DNA of 64,000 nt from the sequence record SRR31156797_14741, one strand, 5' to 3'. Both the position numbers and the translations under genes were made by a program. The notes under the pieces are model-generated. The model was not told where the DNA came from, did no database searches, and saw only the letters and a program-made list of their open reading frames with translations. This document shows, in pieces, positions 28,202 to 40,636 of this stretch (position 1 is the stretch's first letter; the number at the start of each line of letters is the position of its first letter).

Positions 28202-29866
28202 ATGAAAGTGAAAAAACTGACTTCGATCGATTTTCTTGCACAAAGGGCAGGATTTCAAGAAAGCCGACTCGTCTTTTCCTTTTTTGAGTCGCATTCAAAA
28301 GCGCGACGAGCCTTTCTAGCCGATATAGCGCAGCAGGGCTGGCAGATCGACAGCCGTTACGGACGTCTTTACCTTGCTGGGCAGTTTGATTTTGACCAAA
28401 AGACACTGACTATCACCAATCTGCTGGTGGAAGCGGCCGCCGAGTTTACTTGGAAACAACTGCTGGCCGTGACAGAAAACTTCGCCCGCAGTCGCTTTGT
28501 AGCAGCCGTCTTGTGGCAGCTTCCTCATCGGACCCCCTTGGCGGAGTGGTTTATCCAGCAAGGGTATCAGGTGGTCCCTCAAGGGTATCAAAAAGCGCTA
28601 GCTTATCAGACGGCGCTGGTTTTAGGCGGTGGCGGTGCTCATGGGGCGTATCAAATCGGGGTTTGGCAAGCGCTGCAAGAACGGGGCATCACCTTTGAAT
28701 GGATCACGGGAACTTCCGTCGGTGCCTTGAATGGCGCCTTGATTTTAATGAACGATGTGGAAGCGGCCGTCGATTTATGGGCAAATATCTCTAACGAGCA
28801 AGTATTGCACTATCCGCTTGCTTCGGTACGTGCCCAAACACTGCGAGATTTGATGAATCAAGCCAATTCGCTGGTCCGCGAAGCGGTCAAAAGCAACGGT
28901 GCCAGTACCGAACCGTTGGCAAAGCTTTTGCAAAAGACCTTTGATCAAGATAAATTCAGCCAAACTGCTTGTCGTTTGCTGATCTGTACGACTCGTCTGC
29001 CAGATTTCAAGGAGACGGTTTATGCCTTTGATCCATCAGCAGTAGAAGAAAACCTGCATTGGTTATTGGCATCAGCCTCATTTTATCCAGCGATGCAGGC
29101 GCAAAAAATTAATGACGTCTATTACATTGATGGCGGCTATCGCAATAACCTGCCCATCGATGTCGCTCTACAGCAAGGGGCAACGGAATGTATCACCGTG
29201 GATGTCCAAGGACCCGGCATCAATAAAAGGACGGTTTTGACGGAAGAAACTGCGCAACTTTCGTTAGGGTCTCCTTGGTCCTTAGGCAGCTTTTTGGTTT
29301 TTGATGCCCAGCGTTCGCTGGATAATATGACCTTGGGCTATTTGGAAACCTTGAAAGTGTTCGGCAAATACCAAGGCCATTGGTATACCTTTGAAAAGAC
29401 GGTTGATTTTCAGCCGTTATGGCGGGGCTTTTTGAAAGAGCTACGCCAGACAGACCCGTTGCTTTATCAGGAACTAAAGAAAAAAGAATTTTGGAAAAAA
29501 ATGCGTAAATTCTATCAACAGGATGTGCCATTTGAGCAGTGGGGGCGTATACTGATAGAGTGTACCGCGAAAGTATTGTATCTAGCGCCTACGGTGATTT
29601 ATGAGCAGGAAACGATTCTAACGGCTTTAGCTGAGAAAATTGCGCTAAAGGCAGTGGAAGAAGCCGATGCCTGGTCGATCACCGAGTGGCTGAGTTATTA
29701 TCGCGACCGTTTTTTTGTCTTGTCCGAGCAAAACCGCTTTTTCTTTTTTTATCGGACGCAGCAATTGAATCTGCCCGCCCTTCAGCAGATTCGTCGGCGT
29801 TACCCGCTGACTGCTTTGATGGCAGCGTATAGTCACTATCTTTTGAAAGGAGCAGAAAATGGATAA
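28202..29866 (+). CDS. Patatin-like phospholipase with N- and C-terminal extensions
   Basis: GGGGAHG, GTSVG and DGG motifs. Confidence 0.9.
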   Translation: MKVKKLTSIDFLAQRAGFQESRLVFSFFESHSKARRAFLADIAQQGWQIDSRYGRLYLAGQFDFDQKTLTITNLLVEAAAEFTWKQLLAVTENFARSRFVAAVLWQLPHRTPLAEWFIQQGYQVVPQGYQKALAYQTALVLGGGGAHGAYQIGVWQALQERGITFEWITGTSVGALNGALILMNDVEAAVDLWANISNEQVLHYPLASVRAQTLRDLMNQANSLVREAVKSNGASTEPLAKLLQKTFDQDKFSQTACRLLICTTRLPDFKETVYAFDPSAVEENLHWLLASASFYPAMQAQKINDVYYIDGGYRNNLPIDVALQQGATECITVDVQGPGINKRTVLTEETAQLSLGSPWSLGSFLVFDAQRSLDNMTLGYLETLKVFGKYQGHWYTFEKTVDFQPLWRGFLKELRQTDPLLYQELKKKEFWKKMRKFYQQDVPFEQWGRILIECTAKVLYLAPTVIYEQETILTALAEKIALKAVEEADAWSITEWLSYYRDRFFVLSEQNRFFFFYRTQQLNLPALQQIRRRYPLTALMAAYSHYLLKGAENG

Positions 29867-30074
29867 ATTTTCGTATGAAATCGTTGAAGAGATCGCCGTG
29901 CTTTCGGAAAATCAAAGAGGCTGGCGCAAAGAATTGAATTTGGTGAGCTGGAATGGGCGTCCGCCAAAATTTGATCTGAGAGATTGGGGTCCAGAGCACG
30001 AGAAGATGGGCAAAGGCGTGACCTTATCCAATGAAGAATTTGCAGAACTTAAAAAAGCCCTGCTTTCCATGTAA
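29859..30074 (+). CDS. YdbC/PC4-like ssDNA-binding protein
   Basis: [30 protein letters not shown] motif. Confidence 0.9.
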   Translation: MDKFSYEIVEEIAVLSENQRGWRKELNLVSWNGRPPKFDLRDWGPEHEKMGKGVTLSNEEFAELKKALLSM

Positions 30075-30101
30075 GAAAGCAAAATGGTAAGGAGTGATCA
30101 A

Positions 30102-30986
30102 ATGAAAAGTATGACTGGTTTTGGCAAAGGCAGTGCAGAAACGCCAGATGTGCAGATCGAAATTGAGATCAAAAGTGTCAATCAGCGCTTTTTGGACCTG
30201 CAGCTGCGAATGCCCAAACAATTGAATCCTCTAGAAGGTGCTTTACGGCAGTCGATCAAGCAGACCCTCCAGCGGGGGCGGATCGAACTGTATGTGACGT
30301 TAAAAGAAAAAACCGCAAATACGAAACAGATCGAGATCCAATGGGACTTGCTGGAACGTTTCATGCAGGAGATCGATACCGAAGCCAAAGACCGTTTTGA
30401 CCTAGCAGAGCTGCCAAAAGCAGCATTGCTGGAACAATTCCTGCTCCATGAAGCTTTTCTAACGATCTCTGATCAAGAGCCAGAAGAAAGCACCTTAGCC
30501 GATGGCGTGATGGAAGCATTAGACCAAGCGTTGGCAGCGATCGACCAAAGCCGCTGGGTGGAAGGGCAAGGCATTCTGCAGATCTTGCAAGAAAACCAGC
30601 GACAGCTGCAGGAAAAACTAACAGAACTCAAACAATTCGTGACCCTCTATGAGGCGGACTACCAAGAACGCTTTGAAAAGAAACTGACTGCCTATCTAGG
30701 GGAAGAAGTCGATCGCGATCGTTTACTGACAGAGTTGGCGATTTTATTGGAACGCGGCGATATCCACGAAGAACTGGATCGTTTAAGTATCCATTTAACG
30801 ACGATGACGGAGCTGCTGGCAGCCGAGACACCAATAGGTCGAGAACTGGATTTCTTGATCCAAGAGATGAACCGGGAAGTCAATACGATTGGTTCAAAAT
30901 CGAGTCCGATCCAAATCAAAAACAGTGTCGTCCAAATGAAGACGATCATTGAGAAAATCAGAGAACAAGTTCAAAACATCGAGTAG
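30102..30986 (+). CDS. yloC: YicC/YloC family endoribonuclease
   Basis: MKSMTGFG, IKSVNQRFLD, GRELDFLIQEMNREVNTIGSK, IREQVQNIE motifs. Confidence 0.93.
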   Translation: MKSMTGFGKGSAETPDVQIEIEIKSVNQRFLDLQLRMPKQLNPLEGALRQSIKQTLQRGRIELYVTLKEKTANTKQIEIQWDLLERFMQEIDTEAKDRFDLAELPKAALLEQFLLHEAFLTISDQEPEESTLADGVMEALDQALAAIDQSRWVEGQGILQILQENQRQLQEKLTELKQFVTLYEADYQERFEKKLTAYLGEEVDRDRLLTELAILLERGDIHEELDRLSIHLTTMTELLAAETPIGRELDFLIQEMNREVNTIGSKSSPIQIKNSVVQMKTIIEKIREQVQNIE

Positions 30987-30999
30987 GAGGAATGAACCA

Positions 31000-31281
31000 A
31001 TGAAATATTACGATATCACCTTTCACGAACTGAGCGGAAAAAATGTCATCAAGCGCAGTATTCCCTCTGATAAAGAGAATTTCTCTGCGTGGGAAGATGC
31101 CTGCGTAGCCATCGAGCCGGATTTTCTTCATCTACTAGTTGATGGCGTAGCGGTTTCTTTAAATCGTCGGTACATCGTGCGTATCGATTGCCAAGAAGTG
31201 ACGGATCCGACCGAAAAAGCGATCACTGCCAAAGACGAATTGGCAGGGGTCATCAATACCTTAAGCAACATGGGCTTTTAA
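31000..31281 (+). CDS. Small hypothetical protein
   Basis: AGGAGG RBS immediately after the yloC stop; 93 aa. Confidence 0.75.
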   Translation: MKYYDITFHELSGKNVIKRSIPSDKENFSAWEDACVAIEPDFLHLLVDGVAVSLNRRYIVRIDCQEVTDPTEKAITAKDELAGVINTLSNMGF

Positions 31282-31393
31282 GAAAGCAGCCGAAGTGTAG
31301 ACTAGCAATTTCATGAAATTCCCATTATAATAAAGTAGTTCTTGAAAGTTGCTGAAAAAAAGTGCAAAATAGACGTTAAGCAAATGTCAGTGA

Positions 31394-32020
<627 letters not shown>

Positions 32021-32025
32021 GAAAT

Positions 32026-32331
32026 ATGATGTTAAAACCTTCAATCGATTCTTTGTTGGATCGTGTCAACTCAAAATATTCATTAGTGATCTTAGCAAGC
32101 AAACGGGCGCATGAACTTGATGCCGGTGCGCAAGCAACATTAGAAAACTTTGATTCAGTGAAAAGCGTGGGTCAAGCGCTTGAAGAAATCGAAGCGGAAT
32201 TAGTCGTTAATGATCCGCATCCGGAAATCAAACGGGCCCGTTTGAAAATGGAACAAGAAGAGCGCAAAGCGCAAAAAGACCAAGAACAAAAAGAATTAGA
32301 AGCGCGTATCCGCGACGAACAAAAGCTATAG
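32026..32331 (+). CDS. rpoZ: RNA polymerase omega subunit
   Basis: PSIDSLL..SKYSLV..SKRA motif; follows gmk. Confidence 0.95.
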   Translation: MMLKPSIDSLLDRVNSKYSLVILASKRAHELDAGAQATLENFDSVKSVGQALEEIEAELVVNDPHPEIKRARLKMEQEERKAQKDQEQKELEARIRDEQKL

Positions 32332-32459
32332 ACAAAAGCAAGCTAGAGCACGCCTGTGTTCTGGCTTTTTCTTTTGAATGGCGATGGTTAAATTTTTGTA
32401 AGGGGTACAGACAAACCCCAGCCCATTTAGTAAAATAGAACCTAAAAGGAGGAGAAGAG

Positions 32460-34862
32460 ATGGCGTACATAGCAGAAGTGATCGTGGATGTTCCCACGAT
32501 GCAGACCGATCAGCCTTTTACTTATCTGATCCCATCAGAATTACAAGCCGCCATTGAGACAGGAATGCGGGTCGAAGTGCCATTTGGCAAAGGTGACCGT
32601 CATATCCAAGGGTTCGTCGTCGGGCTTTCAGAAGTTGCCGAACCGCAACAGACCTTAAAACCAATCGTTCGTTTGTTGGATTTGTCGCCTGTCGTCAATG
32701 AAGAACTTCTCCAATTAGCCGACTACATGAAGGAAACGACCTTTGCCTTTAAGATTACTTGCTTGCAGACGATGCTGCCTAGTGTGATGAAAGCCGAGTA
32801 CCAAAAGCAGATCGTTTTACTCGAAGGAAATCATCCCATCAAAGAATATTTTCCCGAAGACGGCATCCTCAGCTGGCAAGCCGCCGAAAGTGCAGGGCTG
32901 CTGCCGCAGTTGAAGCCTTTGCGGGAAGCCGCAGTAGTTGAACTGCAGTACCTCGTGAAAAATAAAAACAAAGCGAAAATGACCCGTTATATTGAACGTA
33001 AGATCGAGCCAGCAGAAATCCCCGCCGTCCAGCAACAGCTGCGCAAAGGGGCCAAACGCAAGCTGGAAATCTTACAGATTTTGACAGAGGAAGCCCGCTT
33101 GCCGGTTTCCTTTTTTACCGAACAAGGGATTTCCACCGCGGCTTTGAACCAAGCACAAGAAGCTGGCTGGCTGACCTTTACGGAAGTTGAAGCCTACCGT
33201 GATCCTTACAAAGACCGTCAATTTCAAAAAACGGTCCCCCTTGAATTAAATGAAGAACAGGCAGCTGCAGTAGCGCAAATCACTGCTTGTGCGGATAACC
33301 AAGAGGCGCAGACTTTTTTACTGGAAGGGATCACCGGCAGTGGAAAAACAGAAGTCTATCTGCAAGCGATCGCCCAATTGCTGAAACAAGGCAAAACCGC
33401 GATCATGCTCGTACCGGAGATCGCTTTGACCCCGCAAATGGTCGAACGCTTTAAAAGCCGTCTCGGCGACGCAGTGGCTGTTTTACACAGCGGCTTGTCC
33501 CAAGGTGAAAAATACGATGAATGGCGTAAGATCGAACGTGGGGAGGCGCAGGTGGTGGTTGGCGCCCGCTCGGCGATTTTTGCTCCGTTGAAAAACATCG
33601 GGGTCATCATCGTCGATGAGGAGCACGAAGCTTCCTACAAGCAAGATGAAGCCCCTCGTTACCATGCGAGAGATTTAGCGATTTGGCGCAGCCAGTACCA
33701 TCATTGTCCAGTGGTGTTAGGTAGTGCGACGCCGTCATTAGAATCTCGTGCTCGGGCCCAAAAAGAAGTCTACCGCTTATTGAAATTGAATCAGCGGGCA
33801 AAAACCAGTGCGCAATTACCGCAGATCGAAGTCGTGGATATGCGTACCGAATTTGCCAACAAAAAGTATCAAACCTTTTCTCGTCCGTTACAGGAAAAAA
33901 TCACAGACCGCTTGGCCCGGAAAGAACAGATCGTCTTGCTGCTGAATCGGCGCGGCTACTCTTCCTTCGTGATGTGCCGCGATTGTGGGTATGTTTTGCC
34001 TTGCCCAAATTGCGACATCTCCTTGACGCTCCATATGGATACCAAAACGATGCGCTGTCATTATTGCGGACATGAAGAACACATCCCCCATCGTTGCCCC
34101 AACTGTAATGCAGACAAGATTCGTTATTACGGAACGGGCACGCAAAAAGTGGAAGAAGAGTTGAAGGAACTGTTTCCCGAAGCGCGGGTTTTACGGATGG
34201 ATGTCGATACCACCCGCAAAAAAGGCGCCCACGAAAAAATCTTGACCTTGTTTGGGGAGAAAAAAGCGGATATTTTGTTAGGGACTCAAATGATCGCCAA
34301 AGGCTTGGATTTTCCTGATATCACGCTGGTAGGGGTCTTGAATGCCGATACGGCCTTGAACTTGCCAGATTTTCGTTCGAGTGAACGGACGTTCCAGCTG
34401 CTGACTCAGGTCAGTGGTCGGGCAGGTCGGGCGGAAAAAACCGGCGAAGTGGTGATCCAAACATTCAACCCTGAGCACTATGCCATCCAGTTGGCGCAGT
34501 CGCAAGACTACGAAGATTTCTATCAAAAAGAGATGTGGATGCGGCACCAAAGCGGTTATCCACCGTATTATTTCACCGTCAAAATCACCTGCAGCCATCC
34601 CGAAGAGCAAGTCGCCGCTCAGAAGATGTTTGCGATTGCGCGGGATCTGCAGCAGGAGCTGTCACCGCGCAGTATTTTGTTGGGTCCGGCACCAAGTGCG
34701 ATTTTGCGGGTAAAAAACCGCTATTACTACCAATTGATCATTAAATACAAAAATGAACCGCAGCTACCTGCTTTGTTGACCCGTCTGTTGGATCAAAGTC
34801 AAATCGATCAGCGCAAAGGATTGTACGTATCGATTGACCAAGAGCCGTTGAATTTTATTTAG
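32460..34862 (+). CDS. priA: Primosomal protein N'
   Basis: GITGSGKTEVY, DEEH, SAT, Cys-rich Zn region, QVSGRAGR. Confidence 0.97.
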   Translation: MAYIAEVIVDVPTMQTDQPFTYLIPSELQAAIETGMRVEVPFGKGDRHIQGFVVGLSEVAEPQQTLKPIVRLLDLSPVVNEELLQLADYMKETTFAFKITCLQTMLPSVMKAEYQKQIVLLEGNHPIKEYFPEDGILSWQAAESAGLLPQLKPLREAAVVELQYLVKNKNKAKMTRYIERKIEPAEIPAVQQQLRKGAKRKLEILQILTEEARLPVSFFTEQGISTAALNQAQEAGWLTFTEVEAYRDPYKDRQFQKTVPLELNEEQAAAVAQITACADNQEAQTFLLEGITGSGKTEVYLQAIAQLLKQGKTAIMLVPEIALTPQMVERFKSRLGDAVAVLHSGLSQGEKYDEWRKIERGEAQVVVGARSAIFAPLKNIGVIIVDEEHEASYKQDEAPRYHARDLAIWRSQYHHCPVVLGSATPSLESRARAQKEVYRLLKLNQRAKTSAQLPQIEVVDMRTEFANKKYQTFSRPLQEKITDRLARKEQIVLLLNRRGYSSFVMCRDCGYVLPCPNCDISLTLHMDTKTMRCHYCGHEEHIPHRCPNCNADKIRYYGTGTQKVEEELKELFPEARVLRMDVDTTRKKGAHEKILTLFGEKKADILLGTQMIAKGLDFPDITLVGVLNADTALNLPDFRSSERTFQLLTQVSGRAGRAEKTGEVVIQTFNPEHYAIQLAQSQDYEDFYQKEMWMRHQSGYPPYYFTVKITCSHPEEQVAAQKMFAIARDLQQELSPRSILLGPAPSAILRVKNRYYYQLIIKYKNEPQLPALLTRLLDQSQIDQRKGLYVSIDQEPLNFI

Positions 34863-34872
34863 AGGAGAAAAT

Positions 34873-35364
34873 ATGCGTTATCCTATTATTATCACCCCCG
34901 ATGAACGTCTTCGTCGGCAAGCAAAACCCGTCAAAGTAATTACCGATGAACTCGTTCAGCTACTAGACGACCTTTATGAAACGATGGTCGCCCATGACGG
35001 GATCGGTATTGCCGCACCGCAAGTCGGCAAAAACCTGCAAGTGGCGATCGTGGAAGTCGAAGAAGACGATCGCTTTGAAATGATCAACCCTGAGATCATC
35101 GCTTCTTCTGGTGAATCCCTTGATGTGGAAGGCTGCTTGAGTATTCCCCACACCTTTGGGACCGTCAAACGAGCAGACGAGATCACTGTCCGCTATTTCG
35201 ATCGAGAAGGAGAAGAAATGGAAGTGGAAGCATTCGGCTACTTGGCGCGTGCGATGCAGCATGAGATCGATCATTTAAATGGCGTGCTGTTTGTCGACAA
35301 GCTCGTCGAACGCATTCCTGAAGAAGACTTAGAAAAGTATATGGAGGAACATGAAAATGACTAA
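34873..35364 (+). CDS. def: Peptide deformylase
   Basis: GIGIAAPQ, EGCLS, HEIDH motifs. Confidence 0.96.
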   Translation: MRYPIIITPDERLRRQAKPVKVITDELVQLLDDLYETMVAHDGIGIAAPQVGKNLQVAIVEVEEDDRFEMINPEIIASSGESLDVEGCLSIPHTFGTVKRADEITVRYFDREGEEMEVEAFGYLARAMQHEIDHLNGVLFVDKLVERIPEEDLEKYMEEHEND

Positions 35365-36310
35365 AATCGTCTTTATGGGTACCCCGGCGTTTTCCGTCCC
35401 AATTTTAGAAGGCTTGCTTGAAGCCGGCTATGAAGTGGCAGCAGTCGTGACACAGCCGGATCGTCCCGTCGGTCGCAAAAAAACCATCACTCCGACACCC
35501 GTCAAAGAAGCGGCGTTGAAGCATGGCTTGTTGGTTTTACAACCAGAAAAAATCAGTGGGTCACCAGAAATGGAGCAGATTCAAGCTTTAGCACCTGATC
35601 TGCTGATCACGGCAGCTTTCGGCCAATTTTTACCTAGTGCTTTACTAGAAGTACCGAAGTATGGCGCTATCAACGTTCATGCGTCCCTACTACCGAAATA
35701 TCGGGGCGGAGCACCTGTGCATTATGCCATCATGGAAGGCGAGCAAGAAACGGGTGTAACCATCATGGAAATGATCAAAAAAATGGATGCTGGCGGTATT
35801 TTTGCTCAAGCTCATTTGCCCATCACGGCACAAGATGATGTGGGTACGATGTTTGATAAGTTGAGCCTATTAGGCAAAGACTTGCTGCTGGAAACTGTGC
35901 CGAAAATCTTGTCAGGAGAGTTGCAGCCGGTTCCGCAAGAAGAAGCGAAAGTAACCTTCTCGCCGAATATCAGCCGTGAACAAGAAGCCATTGACTGGCA
36001 GAAAACGGCGGTGCAAATCGATGCCCAAGTCCGAGGCATGCGGCCATGGCCGATCGCCTTTACGACACAAAACGGCAACCGCTGGAAGCTTTGGCAAGTA
36101 ACACCGCTGGAGCAAACGACGACAGCCCAGCCAGGAACGATCATTGAACGGACGAAAAAAACGTTGCTGATCGCTTGTGGGGAAGGCACGGTATTGGCTA
36201 TCGATGAATTGCAGCCAGCTGGAAAAGGCCGACAAGACATTGCCGCATTCTTAAACGGCAGTGGACAACAGATTCAAAAAGGGGATCAGGTAGGTACCTA
36301 TGAAGCGTAA
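35357..36310 (+). CDS. fmt: Methionyl-tRNA formyltransferase
   Basis: FMGTP, NVHASLLPKYRGGAP, MDAG motifs. Confidence 0.96.
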   Translation: MTKIVFMGTPAFSVPILEGLLEAGYEVAAVVTQPDRPVGRKKTITPTPVKEAALKHGLLVLQPEKISGSPEMEQIQALAPDLLITAAFGQFLPSALLEVPKYGAINVHASLLPKYRGGAPVHYAIMEGEQETGVTIMEMIKKMDAGGIFAQAHLPITAQDDVGTMFDKLSLLGKDLLLETVPKILSGELQPVPQEEAKVTFSPNISREQEAIDWQKTAVQIDAQVRGMRPWPIAFTTQNGNRWKLWQVTPLEQTTTAQPGTIIERTKKTLLIACGEGTVLAIDELQPAGKGRQDIAAFLNGSGQQIQKGDQVGTYEA

Positions 36311-37658
36311 TCTTGGAGACATACAATATACAGTGCGTTTTGTGGCACTAGAAGCGTTGTTGCGAATCGAAAAAGGCGGTGCTTATTCCAATCTACTGCT
36401 GCGGGAATTGATGAATCAAGGGCGTTTAAATGACAAGGACGGTCGCTTACTGACTGAATTGGTGTACGGCACCATCAGTCGTCAGCTTTTATTGGATTAT
36501 TATTTGGACCGGTTTATTAAAAATGCCCGCAAAGTCGACCCGTGGGTCAAAACGCTGCTGCGGCTTTCCTTGTATCAGATGCTGTATCTCGATAAAGTAC
36601 CCGCCCATGCCATCATTCATGAAGCCGTGGATATTGCGAAAGCCAAAGGCAATCCAGGGACTGGTAAATTCGTCAATGGCGTGCTGCGCACGATCCAACG
36701 ACAAGGAGTGCCAGACTTGGCATTGATCAAAGATCCAATGGAACGTTTAGCAACGGAAATCAGCCTGCCCTTATGGCTAACGAAGAAACTAGTCAAACAA
36801 ATTGGGATCGAAGAAACCAGTGAGCTAGGCTATGCCTTATTTGAACCCAATCATGCCAGTGGTCGTATCGACCTGCAGCGCATCTCGCAAGCAGCAGCGA
36901 TCGAACGGCTGCAAGAAGAAGGCATTGACGCACGACCAAGTGAGCTTTCCCCCTATGGGGTTGTGGCTGACAAAGGCTTTATGGCGGGCTCTTCCCTCTA
37001 CAAAGAAGGCTTACTGACGATCCAAGATGAAAGTTCGATGCTGGTTGCCCCCGTTTTACAAGTAGCCCGGGACCATCAAGTATTGGATGCCTGCGCCGCA
37101 CCAGGAGGCAAAACGACCCATATCGCTGCCTTCTTGTCTGCCGCAGAGGGCGGTAAAGTGACAGCATTGGATATCCATGCCCATAAGGTTAAGCTGATTC
37201 AGCAAAATGCCCAACGTTTAGGCGTCGAAGCAGTTGTGGAGACCCGCGTGATGGATGCGCGGGAGACGGCTCAAACCTTTGCCCCCGAACAATTTGATCG
37301 CATCTTAGTGGATGCCCCTTGTTCTGGATTAGGGTTGATGCGCCGTAAGCCGGACATCAAATACAGCAAGACGGAGGCCGATTTCCAACGCTTGCCGCGG
37401 ATTCAGCGAGAGATTTTGGAAAGTGCCGCCCCAACCTTGAAAAAATCGGGTATAATGGTCTACAGCACATGTACGATTCTAGAGGAAGAAAATCAACAAG
37501 TCGTGGCAGCGTTTCTCGCTGACCATCCTGAATTTGAGCAAATGCCTCTTGCGGTAGGACCGCTGGCAGCCGAAGCGGTTCAAGAGGATATGTTGACGAT
37601 CTATCCGCAAGATTTTATGACAGATGGCTTTTTTATCAGTTGTCTACGCAAAAAGTAA
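36300..37658 (+). CDS. rsmB: 16S rRNA m5C967 methyltransferase
   Basis: NusB-like N-terminus, DACAAPGGKT, DAPCSG, YSTCT. Confidence 0.96.
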   Translation: MKRNLGDIQYTVRFVALEALLRIEKGGAYSNLLLRELMNQGRLNDKDGRLLTELVYGTISRQLLLDYYLDRFIKNARKVDPWVKTLLRLSLYQMLYLDKVPAHAIIHEAVDIAKAKGNPGTGKFVNGVLRTIQRQGVPDLALIKDPMERLATEISLPLWLTKKLVKQIGIEETSELGYALFEPNHASGRIDLQRISQAAAIERLQEEGIDARPSELSPYGVVADKGFMAGSSLYKEGLLTIQDESSMLVAPVLQVARDHQVLDACAAPGGKTTHIAAFLSAAEGGKVTALDIHAHKVKLIQQNAQRLGVEAVVETRVMDARETAQTFAPEQFDRILVDAPCSGLGLMRRKPDIKYSKTEADFQRLPRIQREILESAAPTLKKSGIMVYSTCTILEEENQQVVAAFLADHPEFEQMPLAVGPLAAEAVQEDMLTIYPQDFMTDGFFISCLRKK

Positions 37659-37672
37659 CGAGGTGAAAGAAA

Positions 37673-38413
37673 TTGGAGATTCGTTTTCAAACAGATGTCG
37701 GCAAACGTCGCAACACAAACCAAGATTTTGCAGCAACCTATGTAAATAAAGCCAATGTGACATTGGCCTTGCTTGCCGATGGCATGGGGGGCCACCGGGC
37801 CGGAGATGTCGCTAGCCGTCAAGCAGTCAGTGAGATTGGCACCGCTTGGGAACAGACAGAGCTGACAGACAGTGAAAAAACTGCCCAATGGTTGATCCAA
37901 AAAATCCAAGCAGAAAGCCAAGTGATTTTCCAAAAAGGACAAGAACAAGAAGAACTTAGCGGCATGGGCACCACGATCATTGCTGTGGCCTTATTAGGCG
38001 ACCAGTTTACGATTGCCAATGTCGGGGACAGCCGTGCCTATCTTTTACGCAATCAAGTGCTGACCCAAATCACAGAGGACCATTCACTGGTCAATGAATT
38101 GGTGAAGTCAGGACAAATCACAGCAGAAATGGCCTTGAATCATCCTCGCAAAAACGTTTTGACCCGATCGATCGGCATGCCAAGCGAAGTCGAAGTCGAT
38201 GTGGCGATCCACTTTATTGCAGACGGGGATTATTTGCTGCTGTGTTCAGACGGATTGACCAACATGGTCTCAGATGAAGAGATCACAGCAACGATCCAAG
38301 AAACCCCTGTGCTGGAAGAAGCAGTGCAATCATTGATCGATCAAGCCAACGAACGCGGCGGTGTCGACAATATCACGGTATTATTGATTAAAGTTGGAGG
38401 AGAGCGCCCATGA
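37673..38413 (+). CDS. ireP: PP2C Ser/Thr phosphatase (Stp1/IreP)
   Basis: [24 protein letters not shown] motifs. Confidence 0.93.
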   Translation: MEIRFQTDVGKRRNTNQDFAATYVNKANVTLALLADGMGGHRAGDVASRQAVSEIGTAWEQTELTDSEKTAQWLIQKIQAESQVIFQKGQEQEELSGMGTTIIAVALLGDQFTIANVGDSRAYLLRNQVLTQITEDHSLVNELVKSGQITAEMALNHPRKNVLTRSIGMPSEVEVDVAIHFIADGDYLLLCSDGLTNMVSDEEITATIQETPVLEEAVQSLIDQANERGGVDNITVLLIKVGGERP

Positions 38414-40413
38414 TCGAAATTGGGAAGAAGATAAACGGCCGATACAAAATCATCGGCAATATCGGCAGCGGCGGAATGGCAAATGTGTTTTTGGCGCATG
38501 ACTTGATCTTAGACCGTGAAGTGGCAATCAAAGTGCTTCGTTTTGACTTCCAAAACGACCAAAGTGCGATTCGGCGCTTTCAACGAGAAGCCTTGGCGGC
38601 GACTGAGCTGGTTCATCCCAACATCGTAACCGTTTATGATGTCGGCGAAGAAGACGGCATGCAGTTTTTGGTGATGGAATATGTCAAAGGGATGGATCTC
38701 AAGCGCTATATCCAAACGCACTATCCAGTACCTTATTTGCAGATCGTTGATATCATCCAACAAATCTTATCAGCGGTAGCGCTGGCCCATCAACACCGCA
38801 TCATTCACCGGGACCTCAAGCCCCAGAATGTGCTGATCAATGAAGACGGCGTGGTGAAAATCACCGATTTTGGGATCGCGATCGCCCTATCAGAAACATC
38901 GATCACCCAAACCAACTCGATGCTAGGCTCGGTGCATTATCTTTCACCAGAACAAGCACGAGGCAGTATGGCGACCAATCAATCAGATATTTATGCGATT
39001 GGGATCATTCTCTATGAAATTTTAACCGGCAAAGTACCTTTTGATGGCGAATCAGCCGTAACGATCGCCTTGAAACATTTCCAAGATGAGATCCCTTCGA
39101 TTCGGATCTATGACAAAAATGTTCCGCAATCGTTGGAAAACGTCGTATTGAAGGCAACCGCTAAAGAACCGGCGGATCGGTACAAAACTGCCGATGAAAT
39201 GCGAGCGGATCTTGATACTGTATTGTCACCTGACCGACTCAATGAACCGAGATGGGAACCTCATGCCCTGATGGATGAAACGAGAGTGCTGACCCCTGTA
39301 GAAGCAGCCCAAGTTGAAACGCCGCCAGTGGAAGAACCCGTGGCAGAAACGGCTGCGGATCAAGCCGAAGAATCAGCGAAACCGAAAAAGAAAAAACGCA
39401 AACGCTGGCTGCTGCTGCCGGTCATTATGGTGATCGCACTGCTAGGCATAGGCAGTTACTTCCTATTCGGCGGTGGTCGGGGGGATGTAGCGATTCCTGA
39501 AGTCAACGGCCAGACAGAAGCGGCCGCTCGGGCCGAACTGGAAGCCGCTGGCTTGCAAGTGGCAGACGAGGTAGAAGAAATCGAAGACGATGAAGTCGAA
39601 GCAGGCAATGTCGTCAAGACCGATCCGCCAGAAGGCAATGAAGTCAAAAAGAATTCCGTCGTGACCCTCTACATCAGTAGCGGAACCAAGAAAATCACCC
39701 TTGATGACTATGAAGGCCGCTCCTTTGATGATGTCCAAAAAGAGTTGATCGATTTGGGCTTTGATGAAGACAGAATCAAAGAAGAGCTAGAGTCGTCAGA
39801 TGATGTCGATGAAGGGGATATTATCAGTCAATCACCAGCAGCAGGGCGGGAAGTTTCCCCAGCAGAAGACGAAATCACCTTTAAGGTCAGCTCCGGACCA
39901 GATAGCTTCGCAATGGACAACTATTATGGCATGACAGAGGCAGATGCACGAGCAGCATTGACTTCTCGCGGTGTCGACCGATCACAGATCGAAGTGAACT
40001 ATCAATCCAGCAGTCAACCATCAGGCACGATCATCGCCCAAGCACCCGCAACAGGTGAAACGGTGGTGACTTCTCAAACGACCATCACTTTGACGGTCAG
40101 CAGTGGGCAGGAAATGGTCAATGTACCAAGAATCGTTGGGAAAAGCCAAGCCGATGCAGAAGCAGACTTGAATGAAGCGGGATTGGACTCAACTTTTGAG
40201 GAAGAGGACGGCTATAATGACTCGGTACCAGCTGGACATGTTGTCCGTGTCTCTCCAGGTGCTGGAACCTCCGTCGAAGTTGGCTCTACTGTAACGGTCA
40301 CGATCTCTAGAGGACCTGAACCAGATGATTCGTCCTCATCGACGCCAAGCAGTAGTTCAGATGATTCCTCTGATTCAAGCGCTACGAGTGAAAGTAGCTC
40401 AGAAAGTGATTAG
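38410..40413 (+). CDS. ireK: PASTA-domain Ser/Thr kinase (Stk1/PrkC/IreK)
   Basis: [19 protein letters not shown] helix, PASTA repeats, Ser/Asp-rich tail. Confidence 0.95.
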   Translation: MIEIGKKINGRYKIIGNIGSGGMANVFLAHDLILDREVAIKVLRFDFQNDQSAIRRFQREALAATELVHPNIVTVYDVGEEDGMQFLVMEYVKGMDLKRYIQTHYPVPYLQIVDIIQQILSAVALAHQHRIIHRDLKPQNVLINEDGVVKITDFGIAIALSETSITQTNSMLGSVHYLSPEQARGSMATNQSDIYAIGIILYEILTGKVPFDGESAVTIALKHFQDEIPSIRIYDKNVPQSLENVVLKATAKEPADRYKTADEMRADLDTVLSPDRLNEPRWEPHALMDETRVLTPVEAAQVETPPVEEPVAETAADQAEESAKPKKKKRKRWLLLPVIMVIALLGIGSYFLFGGGRGDVAIPEVNGQTEAAARAELEAAGLQVADEVEEIEDDEVEAGNVVKTDPPEGNEVKKNSVVTLYISSGTKKITLDDYEGRSFDDVQKELIDLGFDEDRIKEELESSDDVDEGDIISQSPAAGREVSPAEDEITFKVSSGPDSFAMDNYYGMTEADARAALTSRGVDRSQIEVNYQSSSQPSGTIIAQAPATGETVVTSQTTITLTVSSGQEMVNVPRIVGKSQADAEADLNEAGLDSTFEEEDGYNDSVPAGHVVRVSPGAGTSVEVGSTVTVTISRGPEPDDSSSSTPSSSSDDSSDSSATSESSSESD

Positions 40414-40607
40414 AAACTAGCTAAAACCAAATACTTTAACCAAGCAGCCTTCGGGGACCAAAGAATTCTCTTTTTGTTCCCCGTCCAGCTGCTTGTTTTT
40501 GTTTCTAAACCTTATAGTGAGGCACAGGTGTCTTTAAAATTTCCTTTAGTCCTGCCATTTGTGCAAGCGTACATCTTTCCAAGGATTCAAAAATTGGGTA
40601 TAATGAA

Positions 40608-40624
40608 GGTCAGAATTAGTCAAG
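40608..40624 (+). promoter_or_regulatory. CtsR box just downstream of TATAAT (40599-40604)
   Basis: GGTCAGA-ATT-AGTCAAG compared with RGTCAAA-NAN-RGTCAAA. Confidence 0.7.
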
Positions 40625-40636
40625 GGAGGGAATGAA

